Below are positions 30,977 through 41,033 of a stretch of DNA of 64,000 nucleotides, piece by piece. The notes below the pieces were generated by a model that saw only the letters and a program-made list of their open reading frames with translations, was not told the DNA's origin and did not search any database. This stretch comes from an uncultured delta proteobacterium (lineage in GTDB: Bacteria; Desulfobacterota; Binatia; UBA9968), in assembly GCA_963804165.1 (NCBI GenBank), contig CAWDPO010000046.1, positions 96,001-160,000 on the forward strand, read 5' to 3'. The first letter of the stretch is position 1. Every line of letters begins with the position of its first letter. Both the position numbers and the translations under genes were made by a program.

Positions 30977-31701
30977 ATCTCGGTCTCCTCGCCGAGATAG
31001 CACTCGAGCACCGCCGGCTCATTGACGATTTGTCCGGGCGTTCCTTGAGCGATGACTTCGCCATGATGCAGCACGACGACCTTTTCCGCGAGCGCCATCA
31101 CCGCGCGCATGACATGCTCGATCAAAAGAATGGTGATGCCTTCGCGCCGATTGATCTCGCGAAAAGTGCCACCAAATCGTCGCATTCCGTTCGGCCGCAA
31201 GCCGGCCATGACTTCATCGAGAAGCAATAGTCTTGGTCGGGTCGCCAGCGCGCGCGCGACTTCGAGCTTCTTTCGATCCGGCAACGTAAGCGAGGAAGCG
31301 GGCATGTCGCGCTTGCTGCCGAGTCCCAATTTTTCGAGAACCGTCGCTGCAGAGTCGCGCGCCTCGTTTACGCCGCGACAGCGCTTGAGCGCGCCGACAA
31401 CGACGTTGTCGAGCACCGAAAGAGCGGCGAAGGGTTTCACGATCTGAAAAGTACGGCCGATGCCGAGGGCGCAAGCCTGATCCGGCCGGAGTCCGCGGAT
31501 GGGATTGCCATCGAACATGATCGTCCCTGAGTCGGGCGCCAGCGCGCCGGCGACCATGTTGAAGATCGTTGTCTTGCCGGCGCCGTTGGGGCCGATGAGC
31601 GCGACGATCGCACCCGGATCGATTTCGAAAGACACATCGGTCACTGCCCGGAGTCCGCGAAAGGATTTGCTGACGTGTTCGACATTCAATAGCACGCTCA
31701 T
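30973..31701 (-). CDS. livG: Branched-chain amino acid ABC ATPase
   Basis: GPNGAGKT, GRTFQ, LLLDE, LIEH. Confidence 0.9.
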   Translation of the reverse strand: MSVLLNVEHVSKSFRGLRAVTDVSFEIDPGAIVALIGPNGAGKTTIFNMVAGALAPDSGTIMFDGNPIRGLRPDQACALGIGRTFQIVKPFAALSVLDNVVVGALKRCRGVNEARDSAATVLEKLGLGSKRDMPASSLTLPDRKKLEVARALATRPRLLLLDEVMAGLRPNGMRRFGGTFREINRREGITILLIEHVMRAVMALAEKVVVLHHGEVIAQGTPGQIVNEPAVLECYLGEETEI

Positions 31702-32670
31702 TCGGTCACCTTGAGCTTACGCGCCAGCGCGGGCCAAACGCCATGCGGTAGGAGAACGATTACGGCAAAAAGAACGATGCCGTAAATCAATTGCTTTATC
31801 CCCGGCGTTTCCCAACCCAGCGCCGCCACGATCTCAGTCGTGCCCTCGGCGACGATGGCCAGCAGCGCGGCACCGAGAATCGGGCCGAAAAGAGTGCCGA
31901 GGCCGCCGATAATCGGACCGAGCATGATCTCGATGGACCGGCTCATATTGAAAACCTGCTCCGGAAAAAGATTGTCGTAGTAGAACGCCGAGAAAACCCC
32001 ACCGATCGCGGTCATGGCTGAGCTGATCGTTATCGCGAGCATTTTCCAGCGAAATGTATTGATACCGAGGGCCTGTGCCGCGTCTTCGTTTTCACGGATG
32101 GCCTGCCAATAGTAACCGGCGCGGCTGCGCAACAGCCATGCGCTCAGGACAAAGGCGGCCGCAGCGAGCGCAAGGATGACGTAGTAAAACATCGCGGGCG
32201 TACCGCGGAGATTGAATCAGGTCGATCTGATCGCGCTCTGCGACCTTGAGAAACATTCCGCCGGAGCCGCCGACCCAGGCGAAATGATCGAAGCCGACGC
32301 GCGTGAATTCGGCAAAGGCAATGGTCAGCAACGTAAAATACACGCCCGAGACACCATAACGAAAGGCGAGCGTGCCGATCGCCGCGCCGAACAAAGCGCA
32401 AATCAGGATCGCAAGCCACAACCCCGCCCAAGGACCGATGCCGAAATGAAAGTAGAGGGCCGCCGCGGCGTATCCGCCCACGCCGAGATAGAGCGAATGG
32501 CCGAGTGACAACTGCCCCGCGAAGCCCATCATGATATTCCATGCCTGGCCCGCGTAGGCGAAGAACAAGAACAACGTCACGATCGATAATAGATAGTTGT
32601 CGGCGACGGCCGGTAGGAAGAGCAGGGCGGCTCCCAGGCCCGCGAGCAACCGGTTCGCGCGGCGGTTCAC
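31698..32670 (-). CDS. livM: Branched-chain amino acid ABC permease (one frameshift near 32215)
   Basis: WNIMMGFAGQLSLGH, AIRENEDAAQALG, IIGGLGT. Confidence 0.85.
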
Positions 32671-33542
32671 AACTTGTTGCCTAACAAGCCGCGCGGGCGA
32701 AATAGCAAGACGAGAATCAACAGCGCGAAGCTGAACATGCTCTTTGCCGACGGTGTGATGTAGAAACCGGCAAGCGCTTCGGAGACGCCGATGAGCACGC
32801 CGCCGGCGAGGGCGCCGGACATCGAGCCGAGCCCGCCGACGATTACGATCACGAAGGCGAGCAGCGTGTATGCGGGACCGAGCGAGGGCGTCAGGTCGAC
32901 GAGCAAACTCATCATGCAACCGGCGACGGCCACGCACGCGGAGCCAAGACCGAAGGTGAGCGCATACAGCCGCTTCACATCAAGTCCGACAATTTTGGCG
33001 CCGAGCCAGTTGTCGGCGCAGGCGCGGATCGCCGTGCCCGTGCGGGTCAGACGGAAAAACCCAAATAACGCAGCCGCCGCGCCGCAGGCGATGAGAGCGG
33101 CGTAAAACTTGCCGCGATCGATCAGCACGGGGCCCAACTCGATGGATTCGAGCAGATAATCGAGACTGACGGCGCGCGCGTCCGGACCGAAGATGATCAG
33201 CAGACCATTGGTCATGATCACCGCGATCGCCAGGAGCAGGATAAACTGGGAATGCTCGGGACGCGTGACGAAAGGATGAATCACCGCCGATTGGAGCGCA
33301 TAACCGAAAACAAAAAACGCCGCGGCCACCGGCAGCACGGCGATGAACGGGTTGAGGTTCAGGGTGAAAAATAAAATCACGCTGGCATACATGGCGAGCG
33401 TCATCATTTCGCCGTGGGCGAAGTTCACCAGGCGGGCGACGCCGAAGATCACCGACAGGCCGAGCGCCATGAGCCCGTAGACGATGCCGGTCAAAACGCC
33501 GGCGATGACGACATTGGCGAGGGTAACAAGGTCCACAGACAT
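32667..33542 (-). CDS. livH: Branched-chain amino acid ABC permease
   Basis: GLSVIFGV..VNFAHGE, TGTAIRA, VIVGGLGS. Confidence 0.92.
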   Translation of the reverse strand: MSVDLVTLANVVIAGVLTGIVYGLMALGLSVIFGVARLVNFAHGEMMTLAMYASVILFFTLNLNPFIAVLPVAAAFFVFGYALQSAVIHPFVTRPEHSQFILLLAIAVIMTNGLLIIFGPDARAVSLDYLLESIELGPVLIDRGKFYAALIACGAAAALFGFFRLTRTGTAIRACADNWLGAKIVGLDVKRLYALTFGLGSACVAVAGCMMSLLVDLTPSLGPAYTLLAFVIVIVGGLGSMSGALAGGVLIGVSEALAGFYITPSAKSMFSFALLILVLLFRPRGLLGNKL

Positions 33543-33651
33543 GTTTACGAGAATACGTAGAGATCAGAAGAGCAACTCGTTCGGCAGGGTACAAGTCACC
33601 ATGCGATTCTGCGCGCCTCTCCGCGTCAAGTTAATTGCCGTTTCTCAGTCC

Positions 33652-33726
33652 GTCATTCCCGCATGCTTTAAGCGGGAATCCAGGCGAATCCGGATCTGGA
33701 CCCCGATAAAAATATTCGGGTGTGAC
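33652..33726. repeat. CGTC-type REP doublet, copy A
   Basis: GTCATTCCCGCATGCTTTAAGCGGGAATCCAGG...GGACCCCGATAAAAATATTCGGGTGTGAC. Confidence 0.9.
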
Positions 33727-33793
33727 GGCTTTATGACAATTCTCATCGGCGAGTTCTGATGTCCCCAACTTACCGCGGGGTTGTCCATTCGCG

Positions 33794-35017
33794 TTACGCT
33801 TTTTTGTATTCCCGCCAAGGGAATACCGGCTTAGCCTCGGCGGACGTTTCGGGTAAAACCACGACCGGTTTCTGCTGTTGATTTTGAATGCACGCCGACA
33901 GGTTGCCCTCGACTTGTCCCTTGGCGTTGAACTTGATCGGACCGCCGATCATCATGCGATTCTTAATATCGGTTTGGCGAATGGCATCGGTGAGCGCCTG
34001 AGCTTCGGTCGATTTCGCGCGTTTGAACGCGTCGGCGGCGATCAAGGTCGCCTCGAAAGTGTAGCCGACGTTGAGCGCGTGAAACCTCAGCTGGTCTTTC
34101 GGATTCTGTTTTCTGAACGCCGCATCGACTGCCTTGGTTAGCGTCGATTTGGGGTCATACCACGGAACGTTGGAGATGCAGCCTTCGGAGAGCTTGCCGA
34201 GGGTCTGGAAAAATTGGTTTTCGTACATGCCGGGTGAGCCGGGACTGATGATGCCCATGACGTTCCAGCGCTGCTTGACGATCTCACGACGTAGAACGAT
34301 GGCGTCGTTCAACCGGCACACCAGCAGCAAAAAGTCCGCCTTCGCCGCCTTCGCTTTGGAAATCTCGACGGTGAGATCTTTAGCCCCGGGATCGTAGCTG
34401 ATGGTGTCCAACAGCTTAAAGGGCAAGTTCAGCTGTGGCAGGATCGCCGCAATCGCCTTCGCGTTGGCTTGTCCGAACGTGTCGTTGACGTGCATGAACA
34501 CCGCGGTGCGTGGTGTCGTCTTGGTGGCGCGGAAAAGATCTTCGCTCAACGCCAGACCGTTTTTTATGAGCTCCGAGGCGACGGGGAAATTGCGAAAGAC
34601 ATACTTATAGCCCTGTTCGGTGATCTGCGGCGCCGCGGCGATGTTGATTACGAACGGTACGCCGCGCTGCTCGGCGACCTGCGCGATCGCCGCCGCGGCG
34701 CCCGAGTCGAAGGCGCCGACGAGACAGTGCGCGCCCTCCTGAATCAGCTTCTCGGCGCGCGTGCGCGCGGTATCGACGTTGGTTTCCGTGTCGGCGTTCA
34801 TCAACTCGATATCGATGCCGAGCAAATCTTTGATCACAACGGGTGCCAAGTCGGCGCCTTTTTGACAAGACTGGCCGATCAAACCCTGCAAGCCTGACTT
34901 TGGCAGCAGAACGCCCACTTTCAATTTGTTGCTTTGCGCGCGGACTATATTAAATGGCGCGAGCGCGGCGGCAGCGCTGCTGCCGAGCAGGAGCTTAGCA
35001 AATTTGCGGCGATTCAT
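33794..35017 (-). CDS. LivK/LivJ-type substrate-binding protein with a Tat-like signal
   Basis: MNRRKF signal; KVGVLLP.SG, GAFDSG, ITEQGYKYVFR. Confidence 0.9.
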   Translation of the reverse strand: MNRRKFAKLLLGSSAAAALAPFNIVRAQSNKLKVGVLLPKSGLQGLIGQSCQKGADLAPVVIKDLLGIDIELMNADTETNVDTARTRAEKLIQEGAHCLVGAFDSGAAAAIAQVAEQRGVPFVINIAAAPQITEQGYKYVFRNFPVASELIKNGLALSEDLFRATKTTPRTAVFMHVNDTFGQANAKAIAAILPQLNLPFKLLDTISYDPGAKDLTVEISKAKAAKADFLLLVCRLNDAIVLRREIVKQRWNVMGIISPGSPGMYENQFFQTLGKLSEGCISNVPWYDPKSTLTKAVDAAFRKQNPKDQLRFHALNVGYTFEATLIAADAFKRAKSTEAQALTDAIRQTDIKNRMMIGGPIKFNAKGQVEGNLSACIQNQQQKPVVVLPETSAEAKPVFPWREYKKA

Positions 35018-35144
35018 CCGACTTTCGATCCATGAGAGCTAGCCGCGAAACTAACTCACCCTCCAGTTCTCTGTCAATTTCACTACTTCTACGATCGAGA
35101 GATTCTTAGTGGATTTGTGTTAGTGGATTGCGGCGGCACGAACG

Positions 35145-36584
35145 TTACGCGGGAACTCCGTTGATAATCTGCATCAGTTTGCGACCATCCGCCAAGTCCG
35201 TAACAGACCATGCCGCGTCGATCAGGGTTGATTGCCTTTCTTTGTCTAACACTCCCTCGCAGCACGATCGCACTTTCGCTTCCAGGTCCGCGTCGCTGAG
35301 CGGGTTTTCCGGGCCGCCGCGGTAGCGCTCGTCGGCCCAACCGTCAAATTGACGGCCATCTTTGAGGCGAATAGCGATACGCGAGCGCATTTTATCGAAG
35401 CCCAGTTTTTCGATTTCAGGATCGAGCTCGGTCGTGATTCGTTTTTGCATGCGCTTGCATCGCCGCGGCGGCGACAAACTCGTCGGAGAATTCCCGCTTG
35501 CCGGCTTTGCGGGCGAGGGCGATCATCGCCAGCGCGGCCGGAAGCGAGAACTTCGCTTGGAGATGATTTGCCGCGATCGGATAGCGGATCGGATTCAAGA
35601 TATTCGTGCCCGCATAAACCTTCACGCTTCGATGTCGTCCGGCTTTAGGTCATTCTCCATCACGAGTTTGAGCATCAGGTCGATGGTCGGGTGGGTCAGC
35701 ACGCCGCAGGGATACGGTTTGATCGATACGCCCGGTTCGACGATCGTCCAGACTTTGCCGAAGCCCAGTGAAGTCTTTTCCGCGCTGACACCACCGCCTT
35801 GCACGGCGTAAAATCCCCACGGTCCATCCAACGCATCCGGATCGGCGGTGAAACCGCGCGCAGCCAGCAGCGCGGCGGTGACGCCGTTCTCGGCGGCGCG
35901 GCCGACGTGCAGCGGTTTGGTCATGGTGCCGAAGTTGCAGCGAATGCCGGCGGCGAAACTGGCGGCGATGCCGAAGCCGCTGCGTAGTTTTTCACCATTC
36001 AACCCGAGCAGCTTCGCCGCCGCCGCATAGGCGCCGAAGGTGCCGACCGTGCCGCTGGAATGCATGCCTCTCACGTAGTGCTGCGGCAGCATCCACTCGG
36101 AGATCTTACACTCGACTTCGAAGCCGGTAAGGAAAGCGAGCATGAAGGTTGTGCCGTCGACGCCGCCAAGTTTTTGCGCCATCACCAAGGCGCTGCTCAA
36201 CGGCGGGATCGTCGGATGAGTTAACAGGCCGTACACATGCGCCGGATCAACGCTCACCTGACTGTCGTCCCAGTCATGGGCGTGGCCGGCGGTGCCGAGA
36301 ATGCGCGCGGCCATGGAAGCAGGGACTTTGAAATTGCCGCGGGTCAATAGTAGCGCGTCGGGCCGTCCGCCCGTCTGTTCCGCCTCATCGACAAGAAGCT
36401 GGACGGTATGCTCCTGGGAGCCGGCGACGAAAAGGCCGAGACCGTCGAGAAGACAGCGCGTGCCGATCCGAACGGCTTCGTCGGGAATCGCGTCGAAAGT
36501 GATGGTCTCGACAAACGCGGCGGCGGCGGCCGTTGTCTTAAGTCCATTGGGAATCGTCGCGTAAATGTTTTGTTCGTTGGCCAT
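35145..36584 (-). CDS. MmgE/PrpD family protein (two frameshifts near the 3' end)
   Basis: GHAHDWDD, HPT, GTMTKPLHVGRAA, KPYPCG, AKFS, RGGPENPL. Confidence 0.88.
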
Positions 36585-36841
36585 GATTCATCCTCGATTG
36601 GGAAGGGAAAAGATAGCGCCGTGGAAAGAAACTTTACGCGGCGACGGGCCGGCCTGCAAGATGCCGGGACTCCTGCCGGTGCGATTCGCGTGCGAAGCTC
36701 ACTCGTGCCCGGCCGCGTTCGACGGAGTCATATCAGCGATGTGTTCGTGAGGCAGCCGAACGTGACCGGCAATTACGAGCCGCTCGGAATCACTGACACG
36801 GGTCCGAGGGAGGTCAAGAAAGATTTGCACTGCGGCGCCGT

Positions 36842-37867
36842 TTAAAGCTTGCGAACTTTGATCGTGTATTTGCCCATGCCGCTGGCGCGATTGTAGTGGC
36901 GCACCTGGACGAAATACTGACCCGCAACGAGGTCCGTGCTGATCAGCGCATTGGTGTCGACCCCGGAGTCGTCATCTTCGGCGATCAAAGCGGTTTCACT
37001 GTTCGGACCGAACAGTTTCATGACGACGTCGGTGGGGCCGCGGGTGTCGATTTGATAGTGGCCGTCGGTTGCGGTCGTAAAGCGGAAGAGATCTTCTTCG
37101 CCGAATTTGCCGATGGACGCGGCGGTGCGGCGTTTTCCGTTGACTTCCAGCTCGACGGCGGTCGTTGTCGTCCCGCCGGTCTTCGGATACATTTTCGCTC
37201 CGGCGATGAATTGTTTATCGATGGTCGATAGAACTTCGTTCGCCTTGGTCGCGATGCCGTTGAGCGTCCAGGATGCGGGAAAGAAATAAAGCATGATCGA
37301 GTCCGGGTCGAACTCGGTTCCGTTGATCTGATCGATGCTGTATTTGCGGATGACATTGTGCCGCGCGGTCTCCTCGTCCCAAAAGTTCGGCGATTTCGCT
37401 AGTTCTTCGATCACCACTGGCTCGTTCCATTCGATGCCGCCGCGCGGATTTTGGTGCTCGTGGGCCAGGCCGATGGCGTGGCCAAACTCGTGGGCGGTAG
37501 TGCCGCCGTCGAGGAAACCGAGATTCATCGTCGGCTGGTTGACTGGGATACTGCGGCAGTCGGTGCCGATGTAGGACCAAGCGCCGTCGCTCGAATCAAA
37601 GGCAATGCGGATCTCCGCATTGGACGCATTATTGAAATCGAACTTTAGATTCGCCACCTGTGCCCACCAGCCGGCTTGTTCGCGGGCGGTGGCTTGCTCG
37701 TTTGCGGTGCCGCCCATGAAGCGCACGCGCAGGGTCGAGCCGTTCATCCATGTCTTACCGATCGGCGCGATGGCACGCTGGCCGCCTCCACGCCGCATCG
37801 TCCGTTGGGGTCGCATGAGCGCGGTCGGTAAAACGCGATCGATACAAATTTTCGCTCTGTCAGCCAT
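36842..37867 (-). CDS. Astacin/M12-like zinc metalloprotease with a C-terminal PPC-like domain
   Basis: HEFGHAIGLAHEH, Met-turn SIMLY, EDDDSG...GQYFVQV; likely start ATG 37867 after AGGAGG. Confidence 0.88.
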   Translation of the reverse strand: MADRAKICIDRVLPTALMRPQRTMRRGGGQRAIAPIGKTWMNGSTLRVRFMGGTANEQATAREQAGWWAQVANLKFDFNNASNAEIRIAFDSSDGAWSYIGTDCRSIPVNQPTMNLGFLDGGTTAHEFGHAIGLAHEHQNPRGGIEWNEPVVIEELAKSPNFWDEETARHNVIRKYSIDQINGTEFDPDSIMLYFFPASWTLNGIATKANEVLSTIDKQFIAGAKMYPKTGGTTTTAVELEVNGKRRTAASIGKFGEEDLFRFTTATDGHYQIDTRGPTDVVMKLFGPNSETALIAEDDDSGVDTNALISTDLVAGQYFVQVRHYNRASGMGKYTIKVRKL

Positions 37868-38104
37868 GATCGTCGTGCCTCCTGCTTTGATTAGTCTGAT
37901 ATGGAACCCTAACCAACGAAGAGCAAACCTCATTCCAGCCGCACGCCAAGCTTCTGTCCGGACCGATTGGCGAAAGAGAGTAAGGATGTCGCAAATTTGT
38001 CACGGGTAATTTCTCAAGGGCAACCGTTTGGCCGTCCCATTGGTTGACAGCGAGTGTAAACGAGATCACCTCTCGCACGAAAGTACCGATGCAGGATTCT
38101 AAGC

Positions 38105-38288
38105 CTAGTGGCTTGTATCGGAAGTTCATTAATTATCTCGTGCGCCTCTTTTCAGTCATACCGGCGAAGGCCGGTATCCAAGGTGCTTGAAACTCCTGGA
38201 TTCCGGGTCGCGCAACCCCGGACTGTGATCCGGGGTTGCCCGGAATGACGCTCGACTTGTGTAACGAACTTTAGTTCCAAGACACTAG
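38105..38288. mobile_element. IS630-like MITE 1 (CTAG-bounded) enclosing a CGTC-type REP doublet
   Basis: Ends CTAGTGGCTTGTATCGGAAGTTC and (reverse complement) CTAGTGTCTTGGAACTAAAGTTC. Confidence 0.7.
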
Positions 38289-38491
38289 TGTCCTGTCCCA
38301 GAAGTTCGCGACATAACTCTCGCGTCATTCCGTCGGAAAATCTCCCCTTCCCCTCTTTGGCAAAGAGGGGTGAGAATCGCACGGAGAAAAATTCCCCCTT
38401 TGAAAAAGGGGGACAAAGGGGGATTTGAGTTCAACTTCAGAGGCTGCCATCGTTTGAACTTTTTAAACGAACTTCTGAGACGCCACACTAG
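38285..38491. mobile_element. IS630-like MITE 2 (CTAG-bounded) enclosing CCCC..GGGG hairpins
   Basis: Ends CTAGTGTCCTGTCCCAGAAGTTCG and (reverse complement) CTAGTGTGGCGTCTCAGAAGTTCG, 20/24 identical. Confidence 0.8.
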
Positions 38492-38691
38492 CAGGTACTG
38501 AAAAGTACCGTTCATCCTTCGACAAAGCGCAGAGCCGTTCCCGAGCCTATCGAATCACGGGAGAACCTCCGGTCCTGATGGCGGCTTGCCCGACGTAGAT
38601 CGCACGAAGCCGCTGTGAAGCATTGGGACCCGCGCCAGCGGCTCAATCGCTATCATGTTTCCCGATTGTCAGCGAAACTTGGCCATCAGAA

Positions 38692-39372
38692 TCAGTCGAC
38701 AACCTCTGAGATGTAATAGTCGATGTAGCGACGGTTGGCGTTGGGCCGGTCGTGGCCTTTGGCCATTTGTTGGCATTCGTCCTGGCTGTGTGTTTTCAGT
38801 GCGCCCAAAGGCGCGGCCATGATCTGAATTCTCGCTGATCGCACCAGATCGAGTCCGAGCCGAAGCAAGGTATCGAGATCGTTCGACACCACCGTCCCGC
38901 CGTGGCCGCGCAGGAGCACGGCATTGCGGTCGCCGAGAGTGGCGGCGACTTTGTCGCCTAGCTGTTGGTTACGGATCAATACCGGAGAATCATAGATCGG
39001 TGTGCCGCGGTAAAAGTGCACGCCGCAGTTGGCGATAACTTTTATTTCCTGACCGGCGGCGGCCACCGCAATTAGCTCGTCGGGATGGTAGTGCAGGACG
39101 CACTGCACATCGGCACGCGCTTTATAGATCGACGTGTGCATCGCCGTCTCACCGTTGGGCTCGCCCAAACCTTCGAGCTTGTTTCCATCGGCGTCGATGA
39201 AGATCAAATCGCGCAATGCGACTTTGCCCGGCGGCATATGCGGCGTGCTCAATATTCTGCCATCGGACAGGCGCGCGGTAAGATGGCCGTAACCGTCGAT
39301 GACGCGCTGCTTTTGCAGGACTTTGCACGCCAAAACCATTTTTTCTTTCACTGCTTCAATGGCGTCTAACAT
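38692..39372 (-). CDS. Class II aldolase/adducin family protein
   Basis: GHLTAR, ETAMHTSIY, CVLHYHP, LLRGHG. Confidence 0.9.
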   Translation of the reverse strand: MLDAIEAVKEKMVLACKVLQKQRVIDGYGHLTARLSDGRILSTPHMPPGKVALRDLIFIDADGNKLEGLGEPNGETAMHTSIYKARADVQCVLHYHPDELIAVAAAGQEIKVIANCGVHFYRGTPIYDSPVLIRNQQLGDKVAATLGDRNAVLLRGHGGTVVSNDLDTLLRLGLDLVRSARIQIMAAPLGALKTHSQDECQQMAKGHDRPNANRRYIDYYISEVVD

Positions 39373-39451
39373 TTCGCCTCCTTGGTCAATCTTTGAGTGG
39401 TTCTCTTCACGCCGATTCCTTACAGCAAAACAACAACATAGGCGAACGCTC

Positions 39452-40627
39452 TTAGACTTGGCGCAAGAGCGCCACAGCGTCGATTTCCACTAAACAACGC
39501 GGGGAAAGTTCGCCTACCTCGACAGTCAACCCCGCGGGCATCGTCGCGTTGCGCTTGTTAGCGGCGAAAAAGTCGCGGTAGGCAGTCGCAAATTTCGATC
39601 GATCCTGCCCGGCGGTGAGATAGACCGTGGTTTTTACGATGTCATCCAGAGTCCCGCCGGCTTCCTCGACGATGTCTTTGACATGTTGAAGCGTGACACG
39701 AGTTTGGCCCGCGAGATCTCCTTCCGCCTCGACAACACGGTTGAATCCAACGGCGTCTTGTCCCGCTTGCAGTAGCCAGTCGCGGACCCGCACGGATTGT
39801 GAAAAAGAACCGGGTGCTTTGCGTACTTTCGGGCTGGCGACGATGGTTTGTTTTCCATCGTAGGCGATGGCCACGGAACGCAGGAGAATATCTTTACCCA
39901 AGTCTTGAATGTAGATGCCGGAGTTTGGCGGGAACTCATCTTCGGCAAAAATGTTCTTGTAAACATTTTTTCGCGCCTCGCCATAGCCGGGGCGCAAATC
40001 GGTGCTCGGCATGAACATGAAAGTGCGGCAAAGATCGCGCAACGAGAGTTTCTGGTCTTTGAGAAGCTGGGCGATACGATGGAGGACGGTGGTGGTTTGC
40101 GATTGAATTGTCGCCGGCGGAGAAACTTTGCCGTTGCTATCGGCCACATCTACACCCGATAAGAAAATGAAATCGTGGGTGCGAACGCCGTGACAGCGCG
40201 CTCCGGCCGCCAGCGGCAAATCGCCAAGCAAGATCGGTTTTATCTGTGAGCGATCGCGCGTTGCCACCGCGTCGATTCGCACCCGGCAGTTTCCGTCGAG
40301 GCCGCTCACGCCGACGAAGGTGATGGCCGGTGTCGCGCTTCGATCCAACTGCGAGTGCAGCGCGCCGACGATTTCGGCGGCGTCGGCGTAATCGGCAAGA
40401 AATACCGTGAGACTTACCAGGTTCTGGAGATCTTGGCCGCAGGAATTGAGCGCTAGACGCAGCGCTTCGCAGCTTCGAATGCACTGAGCTTTCGCGCTTC
40501 GCTCTTCGACGGAGCCATCGGGCCCGCGGGCGTCTACAGCCACGAAGGTGAAATCCTCGGTGACGATGCCTTGAGAGAAAATTGTTGTTTCCGAATAAAG
40601 CTGGTTGGAATTGATCGCTTGTATCAT
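39452..40627 (-). CDS. Triple-domain Rid (YjgF/RidA/UK114) family protein
   Basis: Three ~125-aa repeats, e.g. FSQG/FSQS, Q-T..L..I...L, DIVKTTVYL, LVEIDAVA; likely start 40627. Confidence 0.8.
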   Translation of the reverse strand: MIQAINSNQLYSETTIFSQGIVTEDFTFVAVDARGPDGSVEERSAKAQCIRSCEALRLALNSCGQDLQNLVSLTVFLADYADAAEIVGALHSQLDRSATPAITFVGVSGLDGNCRVRIDAVATRDRSQIKPILLGDLPLAAGARCHGVRTHDFIFLSGVDVADSNGKVSPPATIQSQTTTVLHRIAQLLKDQKLSLRDLCRTFMFMPSTDLRPGYGEARKNVYKNIFAEDEFPPNSGIYIQDLGKDILLRSVAIAYDGKQTIVASPKVRKAPGSFSQSVRVRDWLLQAGQDAVGFNRVVEAEGDLAGQTRVTLQHVKDIVEEAGGTLDDIVKTTVYLTAGQDRSKFATAYRDFFAANKRNATMPAGLTVEVGELSPRCLVEIDAVALLRQV

Positions 40628-41033
40628 ACCTTTCCTCCGTAGCTTTACCGTCTGACACAGGTCAGCATATCCGCGGCGCGCGTGCTTCAATAGCCGATCA
40701 TCATGGCCGCCGACATCCGGTGCTGATCCGAGTTATGTTGCAGATGACTACGGACAGCATCACGATTGTCCCCAGCCACAGTTCGGGAAGCGTCAGCGAG
40801 GCGATTCAAGCATATGTTTAGCGTGAGGCTTTTGCCGGCGATAAAGTCGGGTGACACCTAGGTTTCGGGAGGATCTTAAGAACGATAACCAGGCCCCGCG
40901 TAGTCGCATCGGTTGGGAAAATGCGCGCCACGGTCATGCGGATCAGGAAATCAACAAGAACGTCTCAATCGCCTGGTCCAACAAGCACCAAAGCATTCGA
41001 TTGGATGGCCAAGTCCAAAACCTTACCGGCCAT

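Noticed and set aside
24112-36584. Programmed frameshifting or phase variation as the cause of the split genes
   Set aside because: Too many shifts per gene, no shared slippery motif, and a compensating indel pair in livG
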